A stretch of 49,213 nucleotides of DNA from an uncultured Candidatus Melainabacteria bacterium (lineage in GTDB: Bacteria > Cyanobacteriota > Vampirovibrionia > Gastranaerophilales > Gastranaerophilaceae). Under the pieces are notes generated by a model. It worked only from the letters and a program-made list of their open reading frames with translations, made no database searches and was not told the DNA's origin. Positions 7,983 to 17,526 of the stretch are shown here, piece after piece. The stretch covers positions 1 through 49,213 of the forward strand of contig CALAFU010000170.1 in assembly GCA_937891325.1 (NCBI GenBank), read 5' to 3'. Made by a program: the position numbers and the translations under genes. Position 1 is the first letter of the stretch. Every line of letters starts with the position of its first letter.

Positions 7983-8507
7983 ATGTCTGAATTGGAACAG
8001 TACAAAAATAAAAACGGTGACCTGACTGTAAAAGGGTCGTTGTTTCAAGCCAAAACAGATCTTCAAGAAGTCAGAAAAGACTTGTTGTTATGTCGAGGTA
8101 TAGGCGACATAGCGACCATATTTAAGGAACGTTTTACAGAAGCGAAGAAGCTTTTGTCAGAAATCGAAGAAGAGGTTGAGTTGTCATTACGTATAATAGA
8201 GTGGCAACAAAACCTCGAAAGCGAGCACTTTGTCCATATTGTAACGAGCCTTGGTGGTAACAGTGTGTCCGCTCGCGACAAATTGTTGCAAGACGAAGTG
8301 CTTAAACATTGCGAAAATATGAAAGGAAATGCATCAAAAATAGTGTGTTTCTTTAAAGATTTAGCAGCACATTCTGATATGGTGAGTGTGAAGTTGCAAG
8401 CAGAAGCCCTTGCGCTTATCATTGAAAGACAGTTGAAATATTTGGACACTGTCCGCAATGATAAAGAATTCGCACAAGAAGCTGTCGTGGAAATTGAATT
8501 CTGTTAA
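7983..8507 (+). CDS. hypothetical protein (174 aa), predicted helical
   Basis: AAGGAG RBS; the antisense ORFs 8063..8458 and 8361..8822 are judged to be shadows. Confidence 0.7.
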   Translation: MSELEQYKNKNGDLTVKGSLFQAKTDLQEVRKDLLLCRGIGDIATIFKERFTEAKKLLSEIEEEVELSLRIIEWQQNLESEHFVHIVTSLGGNSVSARDKLLQDEVLKHCENMKGNASKIVCFFKDLAAHSDMVSVKLQAEALALIIERQLKYLDTVRNDKEFAQEAVVEIEFC

Positions 8508-8522
8508 CAAAGGAGAACAAAC

Positions 8523-8672
8523 ATGGAACCTAAACATGTTTCGAAAGGTATGAATACCTATTTGGCGGAAATGTTCAACAAGTGGGAAAGTGAAAACACA
8601 CCTGCGTGGCAAAACAAAGACATTCGGAAAAGCATTCAGGAATGGCGCGCAAAACACCCTGAACTGAATTGA
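8523..8672 (+). CDS. hypothetical protein (49 aa)
   Basis: Hand-found ORF MEPKHVSKGMNTYLAEMFNKWESE... behind AAAGGAG. Confidence 0.5.
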   Translation: MEPKHVSKGMNTYLAEMFNKWESENTPAWQNKDIRKSIQEWRAKHPELN

Positions 8673-8685
8673 AAGCGAGACAACA

Positions 8686-9387
8686 ATGGACGAAGAGAAA
8701 CAAAAGAGAGCGGTGTTTAATGCAAGCAGTATTTCTAAATACCTTAAAGCAAACGGAAAAATGCCGCTTGACATTGGGTTCAACCGTGAAGAGGTAACCG
8801 AAAAAGACGCCGAACTGATCAAAGGTTATACGTTTGACTCGATTACCTTGAACTATACACACATTGAAAAGTTGTCAATGTTGCCGAAAGCGAAGTTTTA
8901 CAAATTCAATCAAGCAATCATTGGTAAGTTTGATGACCTTGCATTGACAGACGATTACAAACGGTGTGTATGGTTTGATAATTGTCCGACGTTAATCCCA
9001 AACTTAAAGTTTCTTCACGATTGGGTCAATGTCGTGTTGATACGTGATACACCAATTTTGAAAGCTGACGGGCTGGAAGACTTGGTGTTGAAATACAACA
9101 GAGCAATCAATTATAAAAATTGGTTCGGGATTGATTGCTTAATCATTCAACCGGCAACGAAGTCTTTTATGAAATCCGCATTAGAGCATTTACCGAAAGA
9201 CATCGTTGTTGATTTGGGTAATCCTGAATATCCGTTCGAAGAAAGAGAATGGGATAAGCAGTACCCATTGCATCATAGATGCGACATTAAAGCAAGAGAT
9301 TGTGCGACGTTGAAAAAGAAATTCGAAGCACAATGTGAGCAAATAGCAAATGAAAACAAAGGAGAACGACTTTTAAGGGAGATCTAA
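8686..9387 (+). CDS. hypothetical protein (233 aa)
   Basis: Long ORF; ends NKGERLLREI-stop, a weak form of the shared tail. Confidence 0.7.
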   Translation: MDEEKQKRAVFNASSISKYLKANGKMPLDIGFNREEVTEKDAELIKGYTFDSITLNYTHIEKLSMLPKAKFYKFNQAIIGKFDDLALTDDYKRCVWFDNCPTLIPNLKFLHDWVNVVLIRDTPILKADGLEDLVLKYNRAINYKNWFGIDCLIIQPATKSFMKSALEHLPKDIVVDLGNPEYPFEEREWDKQYPLHHRCDIKARDCATLKKKFEAQCEQIANENKGERLLREI

Positions 9388-9558
9388 ATGACATTTGCGC
9401 TAATTATAGTGTTGTTATACCGTTACACTACATTGTCAGGTTTTATGGCAGCAATCTTAACGGTATTGTGTATTAAATTTCCACTGTCATTGGGTGTGTT
9501 GTTATTCTTAATGCTGTTACCCAAAGACGAACTTTTTGAGGAGAAAAAAGATGAGTAA
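9388..9558 (+). CDS. small membrane protein (56 aa)
   Basis: ATG directly after the upstream TAA; two hydrophobic segments. Confidence 0.45.
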   Translation: MTFALIIVLLYRYTTLSGFMAAILTVLCIKFPLSLGVLLFLMLLPKDELFEEKKDE

Positions 9559-9922
9559 AGTTGAAACGATCTACGAAGTTGTTACGAGCAGGGTTACGGG
9601 TGAAGAAAGGACGGTACCGACGTTTGTTCGTAAATTCAAATGTGGCTTTAAAGTCATGACGACGTATTACGAAATGTGGAAAGAAGCGATGACGGTCGTC
9701 TATTATAAAGACGTTCGTGTCAGCCGTATTCATTCCATGAAAGACGTCAATGAAGAACAGGCAAAAGCGTTCCTTGAAAATTTGCAGGATCTGGATTTGG
9801 CGGTTATCATTGCGACAGGAAATGTCAAACGCAAAAAGGAAGGTATTCGGACTGGAAACAAAAAACGTTCTGTCAACGCCTACCTTGACAATACAATTGG
9901 TCACAAGGCGTTTGGTAAATAA
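9551..9922 (+). CDS. hypothetical protein (123 aa)
   Basis: Start moved to ATG 9551 behind GAGGAG; the antisense ORF 9473..9961 is rejected. Confidence 0.65.
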   Translation: MSKVETIYEVVTSRVTGEERTVPTFVRKFKCGFKVMTTYYEMWKEAMTVVYYKDVRVSRIHSMKDVNEEQAKAFLENLQDLDLAVIIATGNVKRKKEGIRTGNKKRSVNAYLDNTIGHKAFGK

Positions 9923-9935
9923 TTGTTGACAACAG

Positions 9936-9969
9936 TGTGATGGTTGTGTAGTTTTATACAACCATCACA
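9936..9969 (+). promoter_or_regulatory. perfect 12-bp inverted repeat (hairpin or operator)
   Basis: TGTGATGGTTGT (9936-9947) and ACAACCATCACA (9958-9969), 10-nt spacer, lying between TTGACA (9926-9931) and the RBS of the next gene. Confidence 0.5.
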
Positions 9970-9982
9970 ATTGGAGGGTACA

Positions 9983-11242
9983 ATGGAAAAAGAAAAAACT
10001 GTTAAGGTTAAGTCAATTCACGCAGAGGAAGAAATTGTCGATGAATTTGACATGACCGAGATTGCGAAGAATATGGGGTGTTACACCCCGGCACCTAAAC
10101 AACAAAAACAGTGTCTTGATGCAAATGATGTTCAAGGCATTGTTGACGGTGTTCTTGATGAAATGGACGGTGAAGACTTGACGGGTTTGACTGACGAAGA
10201 AGTCAGAAAAGAGTTCGATGAGCGCGTCGCCAAAAAACGTCAAGAAGAACAGAAGAAGCTGAACGAAGAAAACGGTCACATTAAAGCAAAAGCACCGAAA
10301 GGTGACAATCGATATTTGGCAAGTGATGATGTAGAAATCAATGCATTGCGTACTGCCAAATTGAAAGGTAAAGATCTTCATTGTTTGAAGATTGAACGTG
10401 ATTGCCCTCGCAATATTGTTTTGGATACGTTGCGGGCGATGTGTCTCGAAGTAGAAGCTATTACGAAATGTAAAAAGGTTTCTGACTTCAGCGAATTTCC
10501 GTGTTTCCTTTCTGTTAAGGATTGGAACAACGACATTCAAGAACTTTCCGATGATGAATATTGGGAAATTGACTTGAAAGAACCGTATGATTTAACGGAG
10601 GAAACGAAAGGGCAGATTGATGACGATTTGTATCCGTTAATCAATCAAGCAGTTCATTGTTTTTCATTTTATCGTAAAAAATCAAATTTCACTGAAGAAG
10701 ATGGAATTTGGTTGGAAAAAAGTGAAGACGGTGAATGGCAACCGACTTTTACATATGCCGCGAGTGTAAATAAAGCTATCCGTGAAGTTATGCCTGAAAA
10801 TGTTGACAAACTCTTCGGGTTTAACATAATGAATATGTTTTCCAAGAAGTCGATGGAAGCGATGAAGAAACGTGAAGCGACTTTCAATGAAGGCGAACGG
10901 AAAACTGTCGATAGCTTTATCAAAAGCTTGCAGAAACATTTAAGCAATGTAAAACCGGAAGACTTGATTAAAGATGTCAAGAAAAGTCTTTGCGATGTTC
11001 CTAAAATCATTTGGAACACTGTTGGTCTTGACATCGATGAAGACGAACGGCATCAGATGATGTTCATTGCATATATGATGAACAAATGTTCTGAAACGTT
11101 TGCAAACATGGAAATCACTAAATTGGTTAAAACCAAAAGTGGTGATAAAGATGTTGATGAAGGGTTTAAAGCATTCTTTGAAACCTTTAACATTGGTAAA
11201 ATGGTGAAGAAGGCAAACAAGAATGATCAGAATAAAATTTAA
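9983..11242 (+). CDS. hypothetical acidic protein (419 aa)
   Basis: Start moved to ATG 9983 behind GGAGGG; long ORF rich in E, D and K. Confidence 0.75.
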   Translation: MEKEKTVKVKSIHAEEEIVDEFDMTEIAKNMGCYTPAPKQQKQCLDANDVQGIVDGVLDEMDGEDLTGLTDEEVRKEFDERVAKKRQEEQKKLNEENGHIKAKAPKGDNRYLASDDVEINALRTAKLKGKDLHCLKIERDCPRNIVLDTLRAMCLEVEAITKCKKVSDFSEFPCFLSVKDWNNDIQELSDDEYWEIDLKEPYDLTEETKGQIDDDLYPLINQAVHCFSFYRKKSNFTEEDGIWLEKSEDGEWQPTFTYAASVNKAIREVMPENVDKLFGFNIMNMFSKKSMEAMKKREATFNEGERKTVDSFIKSLQKHLSNVKPEDLIKDVKKSLCDVPKIIWNTVGLDIDEDERHQMMFIAYMMNKCSETFANMEITKLVKTKSGDKDVDEGFKAFFETFNIGKMVKKANKNDQNKI

Positions 11243-11378
11243 ACCTAAAAACATCATCTACCGTATCTTTGTAGACGACCCTGATATGGCAGTCAAGGTC
11301 GCCTACACTGTTTTGGAATGTCGAAAAGATGACATTCAAGTTTTAACATTCAAAAAGAAAGGTACTGATTACGACTGA
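11223..11378 (+). CDS. hypothetical protein (51 aa)
   Basis: Hand-found ORF MIRIKFKPKNIIYRIFVDDPD... overlapping the upstream gene by 20 nt. Confidence 0.4.
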   Translation: MIRIKFKPKNIIYRIFVDDPDMAVKVAYTVLECRKDDIQVLTFKKKGTDYD

Positions 11379-11402
11379 CCTTTCTTTGAAAGGAAGAGTA
11401 AA

Positions 11403-11768
11403 ATGAAAGCTGAAACAAAACTTCTCAAACTCGTTGAGAAAGTCAACGAAGCAAAAGAAAACAAACGGAAAGCTGAAGATGACATTAAGAAAGCTGAAGA
11501 AGCTATCATTCGAATTATGGGTGATGTTCCGAAGACTTCCGTTGAAAAGAATGGTGTCGCCTATACGATCACTATTGGTGACAATGTTCGTTATGCTTTG
11601 GTTGAAGAAGGAAAACGGAAAATGATTAACGATGTTCCGTTTGAATCAAATCTTTGGAAGAAGACGCCTGATATCGGTGAATGTCTGAACAATGAAGAAA
11701 TGAAAGGTTTCGTGATTCAGAAAGAATTCACACCGAAAGTGATTATCAAGTCTTCGAAAGTCAACTAG
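11403..11768 (+). CDS. hypothetical protein (121 aa)
   Basis: GGAAGAG RBS; coiled-coil-like N-terminus. Confidence 0.7.
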   Translation: MKAETKLLKLVEKVNEAKENKRKAEDDIKKAEEAIIRIMGDVPKTSVEKNGVAYTITIGDNVRYALVEEGKRKMINDVPFESNLWKKTPDIGECLNNEEMKGFVIQKEFTPKVIIKSSKVN

Positions 11769-11794
11769 AAATAAATCTGTTGACAAACACCTGA

Positions 11795-11826
11795 AAACCG
11801 TATAGATATGATATCTATACGGTTTT
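11795..11826 (+). terminator. rho-independent terminator (32-nt perfect palindrome)
   Basis: AAAACCGTATAGATAT (11795-11810) pairs with ATATCTATACGGTTTT (11811-11826), then TGTT. TTGACA at 11780-11785 lies just upstream. Confidence 0.75.
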
Positions 11827-11860
11827 GTTATGCAACCCAATTATTGTAGGAGTAAAAACT

Positions 11861-13168
11861 ATGGGTATGTCTTTTAAAGAATCGTTGAAAGCTATCGACA
11901 CAATTCGTGCTTGCACTATTAACAATGGTGCTTCGATTGTTCCGTTGCTTTTAGGTGAAACTGGTATCGGCAAAACCGAACTGGTTCGTGAATACTGCCA
12001 AGAAAACGGTCTGACGTTGATTACAATTCATGTATCGCAGATTGAACCGTCTGACTTGACTGGTTTGTTCAAAATCAACCGTTACGGCAAGACGGACAAC
12101 TGTTCCCCTTCGTGGTTGCCGTGGTTGTCTGAAGCTGAATTCGAAGCAATCAAGAAGAGTGGTGCGATTGAGGTTGAGGAACTGAACGTCTTGAAAGACG
12201 GTGTTATCAACCCGAATGGTGGCATCGTCTTTCTTGATGAAGTCAATCGTGGTCACGAAGATATTCGACAGTCGTTGTATCAGTTGATTAACGAACGTCG
12301 TATGCATACGTTTACCTTGCCGAACAATTATACGATTGTTGCGGCAGCGAACCCGTCAAACGGTTATGAAACGTATGATTTTGATAGAGCGTTGGTCAAC
12401 CGTTTTGCATGGATTGATTTTCAACCGCAAGCGAAAGAGTCTGTCGAATACTTGTCTGATAAATATTCGACATCGCCTGTCGTTCAGTGGTTGAAACACA
12501 ATGACGAAATGATCGAACTGTATGCTGTTGATAAGCACGGCAATGCAGTATCGAATGATATGGACGATCAGAAAACAATGTCGCCTCGTATCATTGAGCA
12601 AGGTATTATCTTGCTGGAAGAAATGCATCGTCGTCATTATCCGCAGAAACTGAAAAATCAGATTTTGCGTTCGATTTGGAAGAAAGATGCGGTTGAAGCG
12701 TATTTGTCTTTCGATGAAGAAGCTGAAAATGCTATTGAATTGAAAGACATCTTTACCGGAAATTGGCACACACCTGTCAAGAAGTATGTTGAACAACAGA
12801 AACTTGATTTGTTGTCGGTCATTGTTTCTCGTATGGCACGGTTCTTCGTTGACTATGAGTTTGCGACACCACGTACCAATGAAGAAACAAAAATGGTGGA
12901 AAACGTTGTCGAATTCTACCACAATGTTCCAGAAGAGTTGTGTGTGACGTTCTTGTCGTCTTGCACTAATAAATACTTTGAACTGAAAGACGGTCGCAAG
13001 TATTTTGGTAAAAATTGCAAGGACGGGAAGTTGATTGTCAACGAACATCATCTGTGCATGCAACCTGAATTTCGTGGCGGCAAAACTGAATACGCCAAGA
13101 ATGAAATTGGTTCGGTTTTGAAGAGTGCCAAGAATTTGGGTGTTCTGGCGAACGGAAGCAAAAAGTAA
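11861..13168 (+). CDS. MoxR-like AAA+ ATPase (AAA_5 type)
   Basis: Walker A GETGIGKT, Walker B VFLDEVNRG, sensor-1 IVAAANP. Start moved to ATG 11861 behind TAGGAGT. Confidence 0.85.
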   Translation: MGMSFKESLKAIDTIRACTINNGASIVPLLLGETGIGKTELVREYCQENGLTLITIHVSQIEPSDLTGLFKINRYGKTDNCSPSWLPWLSEAEFEAIKKSGAIEVEELNVLKDGVINPNGGIVFLDEVNRGHEDIRQSLYQLINERRMHTFTLPNNYTIVAAANPSNGYETYDFDRALVNRFAWIDFQPQAKESVEYLSDKYSTSPVVQWLKHNDEMIELYAVDKHGNAVSNDMDDQKTMSPRIIEQGIILLEEMHRRHYPQKLKNQILRSIWKKDAVEAYLSFDEEAENAIELKDIFTGNWHTPVKKYVEQQKLDLLSVIVSRMARFFVDYEFATPRTNEETKMVENVVEFYHNVPEELCVTFLSSCTNKYFELKDGRKYFGKNCKDGKLIVNEHHLCMQPEFRGGKTEYAKNEIGSVLKSAKNLGVLANGSKK

Positions 13169-13229
13169 ATCAAGATGCACGGGGGTTGAAACATACCCCC
13201 GTCATTAACTTTAATTAAAGGAGTGTACA

Positions 13230-14522
13230 ATGACAACACATACCATTGACGAATTGATTGCCGCTACATTTTCCGCAGTGGATATGGACGGTAAAACAAA
13301 TTCGTATTATGCGCTTGTTTTGAGCAAATGCAAGAAATACGCAAGTAAAGAAGTTCCGACAATGGGTGTTGCGTTTGATCAGCGTGGCAAACTGGTTTTG
13401 TTGTGGAATCCTGATTTTCTTCGAAGATTAACTGACGGTGAAGCGATTGCCGTCTTAAAACATGAAGCAATGCATATCTTCTTTAAGCATCTTGCACGGT
13501 TTCAGACGAAGAAAAATCATACGCGGGTTAACATCGCAACCGATATGGCTATCAATCAATATTTGAGAGGATTGCCGGAAGGTTGTCAATTACCTGAAAC
13601 ATACAAACTTCCGAGAGGTTTGTCAGCTGATGCGTATCTGAAAGCATTGGAAGAACAAAACATTGCTGATGATAAGAAGATGTCTTGTGGTGGCATGGGT
13701 CAAGGTAACGGTGATCAATCACAAAAAGGTAGTGGTAACGATCAAGGTGAAGATGGTCAAGGCGGAGATCAAGACGGAAGCAGTGCCGGAACTGACAATC
13801 ACGAAACATGGGACAAAGTCGTTGATGACAATGGCAAAATCATTGGCGATACTGAAAGCGAGGGGGTTGATACACAATCAACACTGGATAGGATTTCACG
13901 TGCAGTTGCTCAACGAATGAAAGAACAAGGTGATACACCCGCATGGGCAACGGCGGTTGTTGAAAATATGGACAAAAAATCAACACACAACTGGAAAAAC
14001 GAATTGCGTGTGTTGGTTAATTCTGTATTATCAACAGACAAACGACGGTCACAGAAACATATTGATAGACGTTTGGCTTGCATTACTGATGAATTTCTTT
14101 TCCCCGGTAAAAAGAAAGATAGAAAACCGTCAGTCTTGCTGGTTCGTGATACGTCAGGATCAATGTTTTGTGCGGAGACACAGGCAGCAGTTCTGACAGA
14201 AATGGTTGCAATCAGTCGTCGTGCTGAAGTTTTGGTATGCGATTGTGATACAGTCATCCATCAAGTATATAAAGTTCGTAAACCTTCGGACTTTAAAGAA
14301 TACAAAGGTGGTGGCGGAACATCGTTTGTTGAACCTTTTGCAGAAGCTAAAAAGCGTAATGTCGATGCAGTTATCTACTTGACAGACTTGTACGGTGAAT
14401 TTCCTGATCCGAGAAATATCGGAAAGTATGCGAGAAACACTGTATGGGTAACGGTAGAAAGGGATGCTGATAGAAGTGACCCGCCGTTTGGCAAGGTTGT
14501 TCGCATTCAAGATGAACAATAA
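13230..14522 (+). CDS. VWA-domain protein with N-terminal HExxH metallopeptidase-like domain (DUF2201-type)
   Basis: LKHEAMHIFFKH (HExxH); low-complexity G/D/Q/S linker; VWA-like block LVRDTSGSM (MIDAS DxSGS) ... VLVCDCD ... GGGGTSF. Confidence 0.85.
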   Translation: MTTHTIDELIAATFSAVDMDGKTNSYYALVLSKCKKYASKEVPTMGVAFDQRGKLVLLWNPDFLRRLTDGEAIAVLKHEAMHIFFKHLARFQTKKNHTRVNIATDMAINQYLRGLPEGCQLPETYKLPRGLSADAYLKALEEQNIADDKKMSCGGMGQGNGDQSQKGSGNDQGEDGQGGDQDGSSAGTDNHETWDKVVDDNGKIIGDTESEGVDTQSTLDRISRAVAQRMKEQGDTPAWATAVVENMDKKSTHNWKNELRVLVNSVLSTDKRRSQKHIDRRLACITDEFLFPGKKKDRKPSVLLVRDTSGSMFCAETQAAVLTEMVAISRRAEVLVCDCDTVIHQVYKVRKPSDFKEYKGGGGTSFVEPFAEAKKRNVDAVIYLTDLYGEFPDPRNIGKYARNTVWVTVERDADRSDPPFGKVVRIQDEQ

Positions 14523-14528
14523 ACAATA

Positions 14529-14562
14529 AAGGAGGGGGTGATAAATCCCTTCCTTCTTTTTT
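14529..14562 (+). terminator. probable rho-independent terminator
   Basis: AAGGAGGG (14529-14536) pairs with CCCTTCCTT (14547-14555, one bulge), followed by CTTTTTT. Confidence 0.55.
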
Positions 14563-14577
14563 AAGGAGATTAAAACA

Positions 14578-15117
14578 ATGACGGAAAATGCGGAAAATGT
14601 TGAAAACGAAGTCAAACCTATTGTAGGTCATTGCTTAATCAATGGGTTTAGTTATGCATTACCTATCAATGAACATATCATTATCGAAAGGTGCGCTCGT
14701 GACGAAAAGTACATCAATGAAAGAATGGCTGAATGTGAACCCGCCGAAAACCCCGCAAAGATAGTCGTCGGGTTAAGTCAATTCTTTAACACTGATAAAC
14801 GAACGCAATTGTTTAGCATAGAGGATCCTGAAGATAACAGCAAGAAAATCTTAATCATTCGATTGAATGGTGATTTTGCTGTTTTCGTTTATCCTGATTT
14901 TGAATGTACAGTTGCAGGTAATGCTTCAATGAAATCCAAATACAATTCATTTGTATTTGATAAATACCTGAAATATGGCGCGGGGCGCAAGGGTGAAAAG
15001 TTTACAGTCACACTTAAAAAGAGTGACAGGTTTTACGGCACTATCAAAGAATACTTCACACAGTATGGGTGTTGTTTTGATATGAATGTTGGAGAGTTTC
15101 TTATGGAGATGCTTTAA
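14578..15117 (+). CDS. hypothetical protein (179 aa), tail-like C-terminus
   Basis: AAGGAG RBS; ends DMNVGEFLMEML-stop. Confidence 0.7.
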   Translation: MTENAENVENEVKPIVGHCLINGFSYALPINEHIIIERCARDEKYINERMAECEPAENPAKIVVGLSQFFNTDKRTQLFSIEDPEDNSKKILIIRLNGDFAVFVYPDFECTVAGNASMKSKYNSFVFDKYLKYGAGRKGEKFTVTLKKSDRFYGTIKEYFTQYGCCFDMNVGEFLMEML

Positions 15118-15128
15118 CGGAGGTCGCA

Positions 15129-15818
15129 ATGTTAACAGAAGAACAAATTAAAAAGTTTGATGGCTTGCAAGCATATGTGTCGTGTGAATGCGATTATGAG
15201 CAAGCACAATTCGACTTTGAGGATTTGGTTGAGAAAGTCGACAATAATTGTTACATCCTTAAATCCTCATCTTATATATTCGATGGTGATGATTTTTACT
15301 TGCAAGATATTGTAGATATACCCAAGCTTGCAAGAGAGTCGTATTCAACCTTGCGTGATATCTTTTTAGTTGCAACTGGTTGTGAAATGACAAAAGAGGA
15401 TTACAACAGTGATTTTTCTGGTACATTTCAAGACCTTTTAAATCAGTTGCGATTCACCCAAGAATCAATCGAAGCATTGCAACCGTATTTCAAGATACCT
15501 GTGGAATGCTACGAAACGAAAGGTTGTGGTCAAGGTGATTATGCATTTGTCCTTTTGTTTGACGACGATGTAAGTGACAAAAAACGAAATGCAGAGATGC
15601 ATAAATCTATTAACCATTTGTTTTGGGACGCGCCAATCTTTTGCCGATTGGTATTTGGTGACGGCACAGATTTTGTTGCGGAAGTTGAGGACAGATATGA
15701 ATACGATAAAGATACATATTGGAAAAACTTCATTGAACAACTTGCATCTGAAATACCTGATGTAGAAGCTTTCGGAGAGTATCTTTTAGATTTGATGCCT
15801 GATGAACCGTCGAGTTGA
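15129..15818 (+). CDS. hypothetical acidic protein (229 aa)
   Basis: GGAGG RBS; the antisense ORFs are judged to be shadows. Confidence 0.7.
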   Translation: MLTEEQIKKFDGLQAYVSCECDYEQAQFDFEDLVEKVDNNCYILKSSSYIFDGDDFYLQDIVDIPKLARESYSTLRDIFLVATGCEMTKEDYNSDFSGTFQDLLNQLRFTQESIEALQPYFKIPVECYETKGCGQGDYAFVLLFDDDVSDKKRNAEMHKSINHLFWDAPIFCRLVFGDGTDFVAEVEDRYEYDKDTYWKNFIEQLASEIPDVEAFGEYLLDLMPDEPSS

Positions 15819-15830
15819 GGAGTAAAGACA

Positions 15831-16436
15831 ATGAAAGAAATCACAGTCAAAACGTTTGCTGAACTGAAAGAAGCTTTTAAAGACGAAGAAAGAAACTTGA
15901 CGATTGTCTTTAAGAACAATCGTATTACAAAGTTTCCGAAGATGAATATCGAACGTGACAAAGGTGTTGTCATATTGAAGTTATACACACCTAAATTAAC
16001 AACATTGAAGAATGTTCCGATGCCGTCACGATTTATGAATTGGCTTGATGTTGAAGAAGCCAGTTTAACAAAACTTGAAAATGCAAGTGAGTGCAATATA
16101 ACAAACCCGTGTGTATGTTATTTGCCTTGCTTAAAGTTCGATAGCATCACTGTCACAAAAGAAAACACTTGTCAATCTGGTTTTATACGGTTGGCATTGG
16201 CGTGGCAACAGTTTATGCGAAACGATGTACAGAACATCTTTAATGTGTTCAGTACAACAATTGTTCCGAGAGCTTGTGTACCTGAAATGGTATGCAATAA
16301 TGTTGATGACTTAAATTTGCCGGAAGTTTTGAGAGATGTTGTTAAATCAACGGATATGTTGACAACAGTGGAAATCAATCTGGCAAGAAAGGTTATGGAA
16401 ACTGAAATCGGGAATTTGACATTTTCATCTATATGA
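15831..16436 (+). CDS. hypothetical protein (201 aa), tail-like C-terminus
   Basis: GAGGAG RBS; ends METEIGNLTFSSI-stop. Confidence 0.7.
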   Translation: MKEITVKTFAELKEAFKDEERNLTIVFKNNRITKFPKMNIERDKGVVILKLYTPKLTTLKNVPMPSRFMNWLDVEEASLTKLENASECNITNPCVCYLPCLKFDSITVTKENTCQSGFIRLALAWQQFMRNDVQNIFNVFSTTIVPRACVPEMVCNNVDDLNLPEVLRDVVKSTDMLTTVEINLARKVMETEIGNLTFSSI

Positions 16437-16444
16437 GGTGAACA

Positions 16445-17050
16445 ATGAAAGAATATCGAAGCAGAGAGATCAAGATGTTTGTCGAAAGCGATTGTGAAGA
16501 ATTCGACGACATTGATGTTGATTATTCACAGTACTATGAAACGGTTGATTTGCAAGATTTACCGTATGCTGAAAACAGACTGTCAGCAAGGGTAGATTCG
16601 GTCAAAGGATTAAAGGTACAGGATTCTATTGATTGTATAGATTTCATTACCAATGGCTATACAATAAAAGACCTTGACGTTTTAAATTTAGGCTTCGAGA
16701 TTCCGTACCTTAATTTGACAATACACTTGTCAACAAATCTTGAAAACACAAATGAACTTTTGGAAGACTTGAAGAAGTTGGCAAAGGTTCGATGTGATAA
16801 ATTTATGATTGTGTTTGTTCCGACAGATGATATGACGTGGCAACAGCAAAGAGATGCCTTGTTATATATTTTGCCGAGAGTGACATTGCCAATCGTTGAA
16901 GATTTGTGTCAAGTGAATACGGGTTCGAATCGTTTATCATACTTTACTGAAAAGGAAAAAGATGATGACGATAAGAAGCTTGACAATCTTTTCAAATGGG
17001 TGGTTGATAAAAACAGAACAGTTGGAAGCGATTGCTTGTTTGAAATATGA
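16445..17050 (+). CDS. hypothetical protein (201 aa), tail-like C-terminus
   Basis: GAGGTG RBS; ends NRTVGSDCLFEI-stop. Confidence 0.7.
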   Translation: MKEYRSREIKMFVESDCEEFDDIDVDYSQYYETVDLQDLPYAENRLSARVDSVKGLKVQDSIDCIDFITNGYTIKDLDVLNLGFEIPYLNLTIHLSTNLENTNELLEDLKKLAKVRCDKFMIVFVPTDDMTWQQQRDALLYILPRVTLPIVEDLCQVNTGSNRLSYFTEKEKDDDDKKLDNLFKWVVDKNRTVGSDCLFEI

Positions 17051-17065
17051 AAGGTGGTGATAGGT

Positions 17066-17515
17066 ATGTTGCCTTTATATGGTTATGCGAGTGAAGTCGA
17101 ACGATTGTATAAAAGAACATATCTGAAAATATACAATCAAGATGGGTATGACATCAGTTTGGTAAAAGTTTTTGTAAACGGTGTCACGCCATATATAGAC
17201 TACAAAGTCATACAGACACCTAAACGGAACTTGCGCTGTTTAAAACAATTCAAAACTTGTGAAGAAGGTTTGGATGCAGTGCTTGAAATGAATCCGTTCA
17301 GTAAGGATGTATGGTTAACTAAAATTGGTGGAAGGTATGCATTGTATATAAAGAAAGCTAAAATAATCAATACATACACAAAACCTTTTTGGACACCTGT
17401 TATCAATGAGTCGTTTTTGGAATTTGTCGAACATTGGAAAGGAACTATATCATCAGCGTTCGAACATTACAAAAACGTTAACAACGACGGTCAAGGATTG
17501 CTTGACACAATTTAA
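17066..17515 (+). CDS. hypothetical protein (149 aa), weak tail
   Basis: Start moved to ATG 17066 behind AAGGTGG; ends NNDGQGLLDTI-stop. Confidence 0.65.
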   Translation: MLPLYGYASEVERLYKRTYLKIYNQDGYDISLVKVFVNGVTPYIDYKVIQTPKRNLRCLKQFKTCEEGLDAVLEMNPFSKDVWLTKIGGRYALYIKKAKIINTYTKPFWTPVINESFLEFVEHWKGTISSAFEHYKNVNNDGQGLLDTI

Positions 17516-17526
17516 GGAGAAAGACA

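Noticed and set aside
8686-16436. Possible leucine-rich-repeat-like periodicity in 8686..9387 and 15831..16436.
   Set aside because: I saw only loose L/I/N spacing by eye and could not align a consistent LxxLxLxxN repeat unit. A profile search is needed before any call.
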